DNA from: Desulfosudaceae bacterium
Lineage (GTDB): Bacteria; Desulfobacterota; Desulfobacteria; Desulfobacterales; Desulfosudaceae
Direction: 5' to 3'
Assembly (NCBI GenBank): GCA_963674745.2
Contig: CAXXDV010000003.1
Coordinates: 384,001 to 448,000 of the forward strand
Length of the DNA: 64,000 nucleotides
In this document: in pieces, positions 27,889 to 37,793 of the stretch
Numbering within the stretch: position 1 is the first letter of the stretch
Layout of the letters: each line of letters starts with the position of its first letter
Translations under genes and position numbers: made by a program
The notes under the pieces: model-generated
Told to the model about the DNA's origin: nothing
The model's database searches: none
Seen by the model: the letters and a program-made list of their open reading frames with translations, nothing else

Positions 27889-29253
27889 ATGAAATCCGAT
27901 CCGCGCGTCACGGCAGTAAATATCCTCATTTCTCTTGAATCCGGGCGACGGACACTCGATGACCTTGTCGATACGCTTCTGACCCGACAGGCTATCCCGG
28001 AAAAACGGGACAGGGCACTGGCGACGACCCTGTTGTACGGTGTGTTACGACACCGGATGACACTGGACTGGGTGATCCGGCAACTTTCCAGCACCGCCTT
28101 TGAAAAAATAGATCCGGTTGTTCTGTCCATCCTCAGAACCGGTCTTTATCAGATCCTGTTTCTGGACAGAGTTCCGGATTACGCCGCAGTTGATTCGTCC
28201 GTCAGGATGGTCAAAAAAATGGCCGGTCCCCGTCTGGGTAATTATGTAAACGGCGTATTACGCGCTGCTACCAGGAAGCGCGATGCACTGGATTTCCCTG
28301 ACAGGTCAGCCGATCCGGTGAAATGGCTGTCGGTGACCCGGTCTTTTCCGGAATGGATGCTTCAACGCTGGATGAAACGGTATGGCCTGGCGGACACCAT
28401 CCGGTACTGTGAAATGACCAATCGTATCCCCGCCATAACCTTACGGGTGAACACGCTTAAAACGGTTTATGCCCGGGCCAGGGAAGCAATCGGCCGGGAG
28501 GCGGCACACGTTGAGGACGGGCGGTTTGCGCCCGACGCGATTTCGCTCTCCTCTCCGAAAGATTCAATAGACGTGCTGGAAAGTTTTGTGAGCGGCTGGT
28601 TTCAGGTCCAGGGTGAAGCAGCACAACTGGTCTGCCTGCTGCTGGATCCGCAACCGAAAGAGCGCGTGCTGGATGCCTGTGCCGGGTTGGGCGGTAAAAC
28701 GGGCTATATCGCGCAACTGATGGAGAACTGCGGAAAAGTTGTGGCGACTGATTCCGATAAGCGAAAATTGGGGCTGCTGGCCGGGGAAATGGACCGTCTC
28801 GGGGCATCAATCGTGGAAACCCGGCAGGTCGACTGGTTAAAAAAACCATCGACGATTCCGCTAACGGAAAAATTCGACCGCGTCTTGGCCGATTGCCCCT
28901 GTTCGGGCATGGGGGTGTTGCGCCGGAATCCGGATATCAAGTGGTCTGCCTCAGTAAAGGACTTTTCAAGGTATCAGAAAAATCAGGTCCGTTTTTTATC
29001 CGTTCTGGCTGATTATGTTCGAACCGACGGTTTTTTGATATATGTGGTTTGCAGCACGGAACCTGAAGAAAACGAAAGGGTGATTGAACGGTTTTTAGAT
29101 AATCGCCGGGATTTTTATGTGGACCGGAAGTTCGGTGGAAGGGAAGGCCGGTTGCGGCCGTTTATCAATGATACGGGTTATTTTAAGACATCGATTTATC
29201 CCCATGATCTGGATGGGTTTTTCGGTGTGCGGTTAAAGAAAAAACAATCATGA
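27889..29253 (+). CDS. rsmB: 16S rRNA m5C967 methyltransferase
   Basis: NusB-like N-terminus; DACAGLGGKT; DCPCSGMG.LRRNPD; VCS..PEEN. Confidence 0.93.
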   Translation: MKSDPRVTAVNILISLESGRRTLDDLVDTLLTRQAIPEKRDRALATTLLYGVLRHRMTLDWVIRQLSSTAFEKIDPVVLSILRTGLYQILFLDRVPDYAAVDSSVRMVKKMAGPRLGNYVNGVLRAATRKRDALDFPDRSADPVKWLSVTRSFPEWMLQRWMKRYGLADTIRYCEMTNRIPAITLRVNTLKTVYARAREAIGREAAHVEDGRFAPDAISLSSPKDSIDVLESFVSGWFQVQGEAAQLVCLLLDPQPKERVLDACAGLGGKTGYIAQLMENCGKVVATDSDKRKLGLLAGEMDRLGASIVETRQVDWLKKPSTIPLTEKFDRVLADCPCSGMGVLRRNPDIKWSASVKDFSRYQKNQVRFLSVLADYVRTDGFLIYVVCSTEPEENERVIERFLDNRRDFYVDRKFGGREGRLRPFINDTGYFKTSIYPHDLDGFFGVRLKKKQS

Positions 29254-30212
29254 TGCGTATCCTCAAGCTGGTCATACTGTTTTTCGGTTTTTCCTTTATT
29301 ATCGGTGTCGGCGCTTATATGGCGGTTGTCTTTCTGGTCGAAAGCGAGGAAACCGTAATCGTTCCCGACCTGATCGGCAAGGATGTGGTTTACTGCCTGG
29401 AACTGTTGACTGACCTGGGGCTGGACATCAAGGTAAAAGATTCGCAATACAGTGATTCGGTGGCCAATCATCATGTTATCAACCAGGACCCCGAGCCGGG
29501 TGCCGTCATCAAAAAAGGCCGGGACATTAATCTTTTCCTATCCAAGGGGAAAAAGTTTATTCAATTGCCGGATCTGCGAAAGGGATTGTTGAGCCAGGCA
29601 CGTCTGGTCCTCGAAGCCAATGGATTGCATACGGGCATTGTTTCCGAAACGTATCATGAACGGTACGCACAGCAAAAAGTGCTCGCCCAGGAACCCGTCC
29701 CGGGAACAATAGCGGCCAGGGGATCGGCTGTCAATCTGCTGATCAGCAAAGGGACCAGGCCGGTCGCGTACCTCATGCCGGATTTAACGGGTATGCCCTT
29801 TTCCTCGGCGGCGATTGTCCTGGAACAATGCGGCCTGTCGGCCGGTGACATTAGATCGGTTTCGGATGACAAGTATCCCCGGAACACGGTCATCAGCCAT
29901 GAGCCGGAAGCCGGGTACCGGGTTTTTGAAGGCAGTCATGTTAACCTGACCATCAATCGGGTTGAAGAACAGAGCCCTTATCGGTTTCTAACGGGAAACG
30001 GTGTGGCCCTTTTTCGCTATAGACTTGAAAAAGGCTTTTTGAACAGGCATATTAGAATACTGTTGAATTGCTACGGCTTATCAATGTCTGTCGTGGATGA
30101 TTTCAAAAAACCGGGTGACGAGGTGTGGGTATTGGTGCCGTCCCACAGGGACGCCACTATTTTTGTGTATGTGGATCATGAACTGGTTATGACTGAAGTT
30201 TTTGGTGGCTAA
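29250..30212 (+). CDS. PASTA domain-containing membrane protein (3 PASTA repeats)
   Basis: N-terminal TM; VPDLIG, LPDLRK and MPDLTG repeats with Q.P.PG. Confidence 0.88.
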   Translation: MMRILKLVILFFGFSFIIGVGAYMAVVFLVESEETVIVPDLIGKDVVYCLELLTDLGLDIKVKDSQYSDSVANHHVINQDPEPGAVIKKGRDINLFLSKGKKFIQLPDLRKGLLSQARLVLEANGLHTGIVSETYHERYAQQKVLAQEPVPGTIAARGSAVNLLISKGTRPVAYLMPDLTGMPFSSAAIVLEQCGLSAGDIRSVSDDKYPRNTVISHEPEAGYRVFEGSHVNLTINRVEEQSPYRFLTGNGVALFRYRLEKGFLNRHIRILLNCYGLSMSVVDDFKKPGDEVWVLVPSHRDATIFVYVDHELVMTEVFGG

Positions 30213-30223
30213 GGAGAAAAAAT

Positions 30224-30877
30224 ATGAAACGAATCGCACCGTCGATCCTTTCTGCGGATTTTACAAAACTGGGTGAAGAGATTAAGGCAGTTGAACAGGC
30301 CGGTGCCGACTGGATCCACTTCGACGTTATGGACGGCCGTTTTGTACCCAATATTACGATCGGACCGATGATCGTCGACGCGGTCAAGCGGGTGACCGAT
30401 CTGCCCGTGGACGTGCATCTCATGATCGTGGAACCGGAAAAGTATGTTCAGGATTTCGCGGATGCGGGAGCGGACCTGATTGCCGTCCATGCTGAAACCG
30501 GAGGGCACTTGAACAGGACCATTCAGCAGATTAAAGAAGCCGGGGCGAAAGCCGGGGTGGCGCTGAATCCGTCTACGCCGGTTGAATCGCTTTCATGGGT
30601 TCTGGAATATCTTGATCTGGTCGTTATCATGAGTGTCAACCCGGGGTTCGGCGGGCAGAAATTTATCCCCAATTCACTGGAGCGCATCCGGTTGCTGAAA
30701 TCAATGATCACGGAAAGGAATCTGCCAACGCTGATCGAGGTGGATGGCGGGGTAAACGCAAAAACCGTGGCGGCTGTGGCCGAGGCCGGTGCGGACGTGC
30801 TGGTGGCGGGATCGGCGGTGTTTAACAGTGATGATTACAAGGCCACGATCGGGGAATTAAAAAAACTGGCGGGATAA
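30224..30877 (+). CDS. rpe: Ribulose-phosphate 3-epimerase
   Basis: [31 protein letters not shown]. Confidence 0.96.
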   Translation: MKRIAPSILSADFTKLGEEIKAVEQAGADWIHFDVMDGRFVPNITIGPMIVDAVKRVTDLPVDVHLMIVEPEKYVQDFADAGADLIAVHAETGGHLNRTIQQIKEAGAKAGVALNPSTPVESLSWVLEYLDLVVIMSVNPGFGGQKFIPNSLERIRLLKSMITERNLPTLIEVDGGVNAKTVAAVAEAGADVLVAGSAVFNSDDYKATIGELKKLAG

Positions 30878-30899
30878 AACAGGGAGGGGGATTAACATC

Positions 30900-31346
30900 A
30901 TGGCGGACAGGAAACGCAGAGTGCTGGTCATTCATGGGCCGAATCTGAACATGCTGGGTAAGAGAGAACCCGAGCAATACGGCCGGGATACCCTGGCGGA
31001 TATTGACGCCGCCATCAAAGAGGCCGCTTCCGGTTACGGCCTGGATGTGGAATGCTTTCAATCCAACAGTGAATCGGTCCTGGTGGACAAGATCCAGTCC
31101 CTGGTCGGCAGTGACGTGGGCGGACTGATTATCAACCCCGCGGCATACACCCATACCAGTGTGGCGATTCGGGATGCGGTTCTGCTGCTGGATATGCCGG
31201 TGGTGGAAGTCCATCTGTCCAACATTTATGCCCGGGAGTCGTTCCGGCACAAGTCCATGATTTCCGGGGTGGCCACCGGCCAGGTGGCGGGGTTCGGCAA
31301 GACGGGTTACCTGATGGCCTTGATGGCCCTGGCGGAACGGATATAA
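30900..31346 (+). CDS. aroQ: Type II 3-dehydroquinate dehydratase
   Basis: [29 protein letters not shown]. Confidence 0.96.
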   Translation: MADRKRRVLVIHGPNLNMLGKREPEQYGRDTLADIDAAIKEAASGYGLDVECFQSNSESVLVDKIQSLVGSDVGGLIINPAAYTHTSVAIRDAVLLLDMPVVEVHLSNIYARESFRHKSMISGVATGQVAGFGKTGYLMALMALAERI

Positions 31347-31352
31347 GACAGC

Positions 31353-31524
31353 GGGACGGGGGGATTTTTTTGCGACGGATCGTTTTTGGGATTCATCAAA
31401 TGCCTTCGCTGAAATTGCTCAAACTCGGGCTTCGCCCTCAGACAGTGAGCAATCTCAACGCTTCGGCATTGGATGAATTTATTCCCAAAAACAATCAACG
31501 CCGCTTCAAAAATACCCCCGTCCC
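31353..31524. repeat. ~170-bp long imperfect palindrome (MITE/REP-like element)
   Basis: gggacgggggg-atttt..aaaata-cccccgtccc ends; nested pairs tttttggga/tcccaaaaa, ttcatc/gatgaa, attgctca/tgagcaat. Confidence 0.75.
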
Positions 31525-31675
31525 TATACCAGGCATTACATTTTTAAGGACTTTTGATCAGTGTTATGAGCAATAATGTCATTGACAGGAATTATTAGTA
31601 AAATTTTTATAGTTAAGTTGTTGTTAGGCTTGTTCACGCAATGGTGATAAGTGATAAGCCAGATAAGGATTTTTT

Positions 31676-32119
31676 ATGAGAGCGGTGATTCAACGGGTTA
31701 AACAGAGTTCGGTGACGGTTGATGGAAAGGTGATCGGCGAAATCGAGGCCGGACTGATGGTGCTGCTGGGGGTAAGTGTCGATGACGGGGAAAAGGATGC
31801 CGATTTTCTGGCGTCCAAGATCGTTAACCTGAGAATTTTCGAGGATGAGGCCGGTAAAATGAATCGCTCGCTTCTGGACAGCGGCGGCGCCATGCTGGTG
31901 GTCTCCCAGTTTACCCTGATGGGTGACTGCCGCAAAGGCCGCAGGCCTTCTTTTATCAAGGCCGCTTTGCCTGACAAAGCCATCCCATTGTATGAATATT
32001 TCACCCGACAGGTGGAGGCGGCCGGCGTCACCACGGCAACCGGTCAATTCGGCGCCATGATGGACGTGGCCCTGATCAATGACGGGCCGGTGACCATTAT
32101 TCTTGACAGCCGGGATTGA
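31676..32119 (+). CDS. dtd: D-aminoacyl-tRNA deacylase
   Basis: [19 protein letters not shown]. Confidence 0.96.
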   Translation: MRAVIQRVKQSSVTVDGKVIGEIEAGLMVLLGVSVDDGEKDADFLASKIVNLRIFEDEAGKMNRSLLDSGGAMLVVSQFTLMGDCRKGRRPSFIKAALPDKAIPLYEYFTRQVEAAGVTTATGQFGAMMDVALINDGPVTIILDSRD

Positions 32120-32181
32120 ATGAACTGGCGTCCCGAATAATTCGTCCCTCGGGCGAGTGCCCCGGATTGATGATGAATGCT

Positions 32182-32251
32182 GTAGGGGCACGGCGCGCCG
32201 TGCCCTGAATGGACGTGATTCAAAATCGGGCACGGCACGCCGTGCCCCTAC
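32182..32251. repeat. GTAG-type REP doublet (inverted pair)
   Basis: GTAGgggcacggcgcgccgtgccc ... gggcacggcacgccgtgcccCTAC. Confidence 0.8.
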
Positions 32252-32303
32252 TCGTGAAAAATTTGGGTTGACGGGGTGTATGAACAAATAATCTGGAGGA
32301 ACA

Positions 32304-33728
32304 ATGACATCAAAAATGACGGGCAAGTCTATCGACGCCTTACATAAAAAGGTCGTACGCAAGCCGGCCCTGGTCTGGGACCGTTTTACGGCCGCCGAAC
32401 AGAAACGGGCTTTTGATTTTGCCGAACAATACAAGCAGTTCCTGGACGCGGCCAAAACCGAACGCCTGGCCGTGGCCGCCATTGTCAGGGAACTGGATAC
32501 CGCCGGTTTTGTTGATATACAAAAGGCCGCCAGCAAAAACCGTAAAGTTTACGCTGTTTATCGCAATAAAGCGGTCGCCGCCGCTGTTATCGGTAAACAA
32601 CCGGTTAAAACCGGACTGAACCTGATCGGTGCGCATATTGATTCCCCCCGGCTGGACTTGAAACAGAATCCCCTCTATGAAGAAGTCGATCTGGCCATGT
32701 TAAAAGTCCACTATTACGGCGGTATCCGCAAATATCAATGGCTGGCACGGCCTTTAGCCCTTTATGGCAAGGTCGTCAGAAAAGACGGATCAGATATTGA
32801 TATCGCCATTGGTGATGACCTGGAAGATCCGGTGTTCACCATTGCCGATCTGCTGCCCCACCTGGCCAGAAAACTTCAGGCCGGAAAGAAGCTGGCCGAT
32901 GTCTTTGACGGTGAAAAGCTGAATCTGGTGGTCGGCAGTATGCCCATCGGAGAAACGAAAAAAAATGATCGTTTCAAGCTGACCGTGTTGAAGCACCTTT
33001 ACGACAAATACAAAATTATTGAAGAAGACCTGGTCAGTGCTGAAATAGAAGCCGTTCCAGCCGGGCAGGCCCGGGATATCGGATTTGACCGCAGTTTGAT
33101 CGGCGCTTATGGCCAGGATGACCGGGTCAGCGCCTATACCCTGCTGCAGGCATTAAAGGATTTGAAGAAACCGGAAAAATCCTGTGTGGCTTTATTTTTT
33201 GACAAGGAAGAGATCGGCAGTGACGGTAATTCCGGTGCCAAATCCATCATTATGGAGGACTTTGTTTCCGACCTGCTGAATCATGCCGGTGAGGCGACGG
33301 ACGGGCGCACCCTGCGCAAGGCACTGGTTCAGACATCGGCAATTTCGGCAGATGTCAACGGCGCCCTTGATCCCGATTATCAGGAAGTTCATGAAAAGCG
33401 CAATGCCGCCCGTCTGGGATACGGGGTCTGCGTCACCAAATTCACCGGTTCCGGCGGAAAATCCGGTTCCAGCGATGCCAGTGCCGAATATGTCGGTTAT
33501 GTCAGGCGGATTTTCAACCAGGCCGGCATTGTCTGGCAGACCGGTGAGCTGGGTCGGGTCGATCAGGGGGGCGGCGGTACAATCGCCAAGTTCCTGGCCG
33601 AATACGGCATGGACATCGTGGATTGCGGGCCGTCTCTGCTGGCCATGCATTCGCCTTTTGAGATTTCCAGCAAAGGGGATGTATACATGACGTATCAGGC
33701 CTACAAGGCGTTTTTTTCCGCGGAATAA
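32304..33728 (+). CDS. M18 family aminopeptidase (ApeA-like)
   Basis: AHIDSP, YYGGI..YQW, GQDD, EEIGS, MHSP. Confidence 0.9.
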   Translation: MTSKMTGKSIDALHKKVVRKPALVWDRFTAAEQKRAFDFAEQYKQFLDAAKTERLAVAAIVRELDTAGFVDIQKAASKNRKVYAVYRNKAVAAAVIGKQPVKTGLNLIGAHIDSPRLDLKQNPLYEEVDLAMLKVHYYGGIRKYQWLARPLALYGKVVRKDGSDIDIAIGDDLEDPVFTIADLLPHLARKLQAGKKLADVFDGEKLNLVVGSMPIGETKKNDRFKLTVLKHLYDKYKIIEEDLVSAEIEAVPAGQARDIGFDRSLIGAYGQDDRVSAYTLLQALKDLKKPEKSCVALFFDKEEIGSDGNSGAKSIIMEDFVSDLLNHAGEATDGRTLRKALVQTSAISADVNGALDPDYQEVHEKRNAARLGYGVCVTKFTGSGGKSGSSDASAEYVGYVRRIFNQAGIVWQTGELGRVDQGGGGTIAKFLAEYGMDIVDCGPSLLAMHSPFEISSKGDVYMTYQAYKAFFSAE

Positions 33729-33738
33729 CTGGTTAGGG

Positions 33739-33867
33739 GGGGGCGACTTCGTTAAAAGCCCAATCTCTGCGTTGCGCGGCAGCCCTCGGAATTTCACGTA
33801 CAGGAAGTACGCTGCATTCCTCGGGCTTTGCGCGCCTTGACCTTGAACTTTTAACAAAGCCGCCCCC
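33739..33867. repeat. Palindromic intergenic element (MITE-like)
   Basis: gggggcgacttcgttaaaag / cttttaacaaagccgccccc terminal IR; internal gcgttg..gtac-gtac..cgccttgacct. Confidence 0.7.
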
Positions 33868-34000
33868 AAAAAGACTTTTTTCGGTTTGCGATAATTATGA
33901 CTATCCAGATGAGTAAATTATTGTTTAATGCCAAATGTTTATTAATTGCCATTTGAATCAAGAATCAGAATAGTTACGAAATTTTATTACGGGAGAGAAA

Positions 34001-35227
34001 TTGATCAATAAAAAATATATATTCTTTTTTTCAACCCTGTTGGTCGCCTTAATCGTCACACTGGGCACGGCCGGAGAGGATCCGCGGGAGGTTCTGGCCA
34101 GAGCAATTGGTAGTAACGACAGCATTCTGGTCAAGGATGCCGATAGCGGTACCATCCTGTTTGAAAAAAACAGCAGTAAACCGCTGATCCCGGCATCGAC
34201 GCTGAAGGTCGTTACCAGTCTGGCCGCGCTTCATTACCTGGGTGAAGACTACCGTTTTGTGACCGAATGCTATCAGCGAAAAGACGGGGTGCTGATCCTC
34301 AAGGGATATGGCGACCCGGCTTTTGTTTCAGAAGAAATCGACCAGATGGCCCGGGCCGTCAGCCAAAGGGTAGCAGACGTATCAAAAATTGTTGTTGATG
34401 GATCGTATTTCACGACACCCCTTGTCATTCCCGGGCGGACCGGGCATTCTCTGGAGCCCTATGATGCCCCGAATGGTGCTTTGTGCGCCAACTATAATAC
34501 CGTTTCCTTCAGCCGAAAGCATGGCCGTTATGTCAGCGCTGAACCGCAGACCCCGCTGCTGCCGTTTGCTGCTGACCGTGTTAAATCCTCGGGGATTGCC
34601 CAGGGCCGGATTATGATCATCAACGACCCGCTTGAGGCGGCCGTTTACACCGGCCAACTGTTCGCCCATTTTCTGGGTGTCCACGGCTGTCGGGTCGGCG
34701 ATACGGTCGTTGACGAAGGCCGGGTAAGACCTGAAACCGATCAACTGGTTTACCGGTATGTTTCCGACAAGAAACTTCCCGAGGTTATTGTCCTGTTGTT
34801 GCAATATTCGAACAACTTCATGGCCAATCAATTGCTCCTTTGCTGCGGCGCCCGGCAATACGGCCCTCCGGCCACCCTTGCCAAGGGCCTGCAGGCCGTT
34901 CAGCAATTTTTAAGCCAACATCTTGATATCCATGACATAAAGATGGCTGAGGGATCCGGCCTGTCAAAAAGCAACCGCATTTCCGCGATCACCATGTGTC
35001 GGGTTCTGGCGGCATTTTACCCTAACCAGGGGCTCATGCGGCATGAGGATAACGAGTATTACAAAACCGGTAACCTGACCGATGTCAGTACACGGGTCGG
35101 ATATATGACTTCCGATTCGGATAGACGGTATCAATATGTCATTATGTTCAACGCTCCTGAGAAAGACGCCGGACAGTTGATTCCGGTGGTCAAGCGGCTG
35201 ATCCGGCAGTCTGAAAGGCACCTCTGA
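34001..35227 (+). CDS. dacB: D-Ala-D-Ala carboxypeptidase/endopeptidase (peptidase S13, PBP4-like)
   Basis: PASTLK (SxxK), YSNN (SxN), GSGLS, KTG. Confidence 0.85.
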   Translation: MINKKYIFFFSTLLVALIVTLGTAGEDPREVLARAIGSNDSILVKDADSGTILFEKNSSKPLIPASTLKVVTSLAALHYLGEDYRFVTECYQRKDGVLILKGYGDPAFVSEEIDQMARAVSQRVADVSKIVVDGSYFTTPLVIPGRTGHSLEPYDAPNGALCANYNTVSFSRKHGRYVSAEPQTPLLPFAADRVKSSGIAQGRIMIINDPLEAAVYTGQLFAHFLGVHGCRVGDTVVDEGRVRPETDQLVYRYVSDKKLPEVIVLLLQYSNNFMANQLLLCCGARQYGPPATLAKGLQAVQQFLSQHLDIHDIKMAEGSGLSKSNRISAITMCRVLAAFYPNQGLMRHEDNEYYKTGNLTDVSTRVGYMTSDSDRRYQYVIMFNAPEKDAGQLIPVVKRLIRQSERHL

Positions 35228-35424
35228 AAACGACCTTTTAAAGACACCTTTTAAAAATTGGGCAGCCCAAAGTATTCCGCGCACTTTTTTTTGAACGCTT
35301 GTTTTTTATTCTATAGTGAATCATAATTTGATATATTATTTTTTTTTGAAGTGCCTGATCGTTTTTTCGGGCAGGGGTAAAAGGGGAACAGCATAAACCA
35401 ACAGTCGGTAAAAGTTGAGATGCC

Positions 35425-37785
35425 ATGGTTGAAAGCAAAAATCTGCAGCAGAGCATACTTGAAAGCAGCCCCATCGCGACATTTGTGCTGGATAAAAAAC
35501 ATCGTATTACCCATTGGAACAAGAGCCTTCAAGAACTGACCGGTATCCCGGCTGAAGAAATCGTGGGCACCAATCAGCAGTGGCGGGCGTTTTATGAAGA
35601 GGAACGTCCAATCATGGCAGATCTCATTCTGGACGGCGCGGTTGGTAAGATTGAAACTTATTATGCCGGAAAGTTCAGGCCATCTGCGCTCGTGGGCGGC
35701 TATGAGGCTGTGGATTTTTTTCCCCGTTTCGGTAAAGAAGGCAAGTGGCTTTTCTTTACCGTTTCCCCGTTGTTTGATGACCAGGGAACAATGACCGGCG
35801 CGATGACGACCCTTCAGGATATTACAGCGCTCAAGCGGGTCGAAAATGAACTTAAGGAAAGAGAAATACGTTATCGTCTTCTGGCTGAAAACGCGATGGA
35901 TATTATCTGGACGTTTGATTTAAATATGCGGCTGACCTATGCCAGTCCTTCCTTAGAGCGCCTGATGGGATTTTCACCGGAAGAAGCTTTGGCCTTGAGG
36001 CTGGAAACTTTCCTGACCCCGGATGCTTATCAGCATGTATTAAATGTGTTTAATAAAGAGCTGGAAAAAGTTTCCTCCGCCGGTACCGGTCAACCTACCA
36101 TCCTGATCCTTGAATGCGTTCGTAAAGACGGCACAACCTTCTGGACCGAAACCAGTGCCACCTGGTTGCGTCATCAAGATGGAAAGGTCAGGGGGGTTCT
36201 GGGGGTTACCCGTGATGTCACCGAGCGCAAAAGTGCCGATGAGAAGTTGCGCGCCAGCGAAGAGCGGTTCCGCTTACTGGCGGAACAGGTCAGCGATACC
36301 ATCTGGATACGTGACATGGATTTGAATATGACTTATGTCAGCCCCTCGGTGATAAAGCTGACAGGCTATACCCCTGAGGAGGAAAAGGCCCGATCACTGG
36401 AAGAAGTTCTGACTCCGGAGTCCAGAGACAGGGCCTTGCAGATGTTTCAAGAAGCCCTGTCAAAGGAACAGGCCGGGGTGAAGGTTGATGAACCCTACGT
36501 ACTTGAACTTGAGCAGTATTTTAAGAATGGCTCTTTGAAATGGACAGAGATCAGCATGACCTGGTTGCGCGACGCATCAGGTCGGGCCGAGGGGGTTATC
36601 GGGGTCACCCGGGACATCTCGGAACGCAAGCAGGTGGAGTTCGAACTGCGTCGGGCTGAAGAGCTGGCCGAACAGGCCAATCAAGCCAAATCACAGTTTC
36701 TGGCCAATGTCTCACATGAAATCAGAACGCCCATGAATGGTGTTCTGGGCATGGTGGAATTGTTGAAATCCACTGAATTGAATGACGAGCAAATGGATTA
36801 TGCCAATACCATATACCATTCGGCCAGCAGCCTGCTGGATATTATTAACGATATTCTGGATGTTTCCAAAATTGAAGCCGGTCAGATGCAGCTCAAGGAA
36901 GAGGCTTTTGATCTGGAAAAATGTGTGGCCGGTGTAAAGGGCATACTTGAATATTCAGCCATTAACAAGGGCCTCGATTTGTCGGTGTATTATAACGGTC
37001 CCAGGTGGGTCGTGGGCGATAAAACCAGGCTCAGACAGATCATCATGAACCTGACCGGGAACGCCATTAAATTTACCGATAAGGGACAGGTGAGTATTCG
37101 CGTGAATTATCAGTCAAGTCACGGATTTTTTCGTATTGCCGTAAGTGATACCGGTATCGGTATTCCCAAGAACCTTCACCAGGCTGTTTTCGACTCGTTT
37201 CGGCAGGTGGATGGGGGTGTCGCCCGAAGATACGAAGGCACCGGACTGGGGTTGACGATTTCAAAACACATGGCCGAGCTCATGGGCGGCCACATTGAGC
37301 TGGAGAGCCTGGAGGGACAGGGATCGACCTTTACCCTTGTTTTGCCGCTTCGACTGAGTGAAGACGAATCGTTGTGTGAGCCGATTGATCAGGATGTCAG
37401 TTGCCAGGTGGATGGTGTTTATGTCCTGGTCGCCGAGGACAACCCGGCCAGTCTTAAGCTGATGGAAAGCATGCTCAAAAAAAGAGGATGCCATGTGGAT
37501 AGTGCCGGCAGCGGTAAGGAAGTCCTGGAAAAATTGAGACGTCGCAGATATAACGTGGTTTTCATGGATGTTTCCATGCCTGCCCCTGACGGGTTTGAAA
37601 CGACCCGAATTGTCCGGGACCCTTCATCCAGTGTACTTGAACATGATGTGCATATTGTGGCCTTGACCGCCCACGCCCTGGCCGGCGATCGCGAAAGGTG
37701 CCTGCAGGCCGGCATGAATGATTACCTGGCCAAACCGATCAAGGGGGACAGGCTGGATGAAATTCTTTGCACTATCCAAACTTGA
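35425..37785 (+). CDS. Cytoplasmic hybrid histidine kinase with three PAS domains
   Basis: Three PAS/PAC blocks ending DIT/DVT/DIS; FLANVSHEIRTP; GTGLGL; receiver FMDVSMP. Confidence 0.92.
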   Translation: MVESKNLQQSILESSPIATFVLDKKHRITHWNKSLQELTGIPAEEIVGTNQQWRAFYEEERPIMADLILDGAVGKIETYYAGKFRPSALVGGYEAVDFFPRFGKEGKWLFFTVSPLFDDQGTMTGAMTTLQDITALKRVENELKEREIRYRLLAENAMDIIWTFDLNMRLTYASPSLERLMGFSPEEALALRLETFLTPDAYQHVLNVFNKELEKVSSAGTGQPTILILECVRKDGTTFWTETSATWLRHQDGKVRGVLGVTRDVTERKSADEKLRASEERFRLLAEQVSDTIWIRDMDLNMTYVSPSVIKLTGYTPEEEKARSLEEVLTPESRDRALQMFQEALSKEQAGVKVDEPYVLELEQYFKNGSLKWTEISMTWLRDASGRAEGVIGVTRDISERKQVEFELRRAEELAEQANQAKSQFLANVSHEIRTPMNGVLGMVELLKSTELNDEQMDYANTIYHSASSLLDIINDILDVSKIEAGQMQLKEEAFDLEKCVAGVKGILEYSAINKGLDLSVYYNGPRWVVGDKTRLRQIIMNLTGNAIKFTDKGQVSIRVNYQSSHGFFRIAVSDTGIGIPKNLHQAVFDSFRQVDGGVARRYEGTGLGLTISKHMAELMGGHIELESLEGQGSTFTLVLPLRLSEDESLCEPIDQDVSCQVDGVYVLVAEDNPASLKLMESMLKKRGCHVDSAGSGKEVLEKLRRRRYNVVFMDVSMPAPDGFETTRIVRDPSSSVLEHDVHIVALTAHALAGDRERCLQAGMNDYLAKPIKGDRLDEILCTIQT

Positions 37786-37793
37786 CCACAAGC

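Noticed and set aside
31370..31576. 68-aa ORF downstream of aroQ
   Set aside because: It lies within the palindromic repeat element and has no RBS or protein-like features
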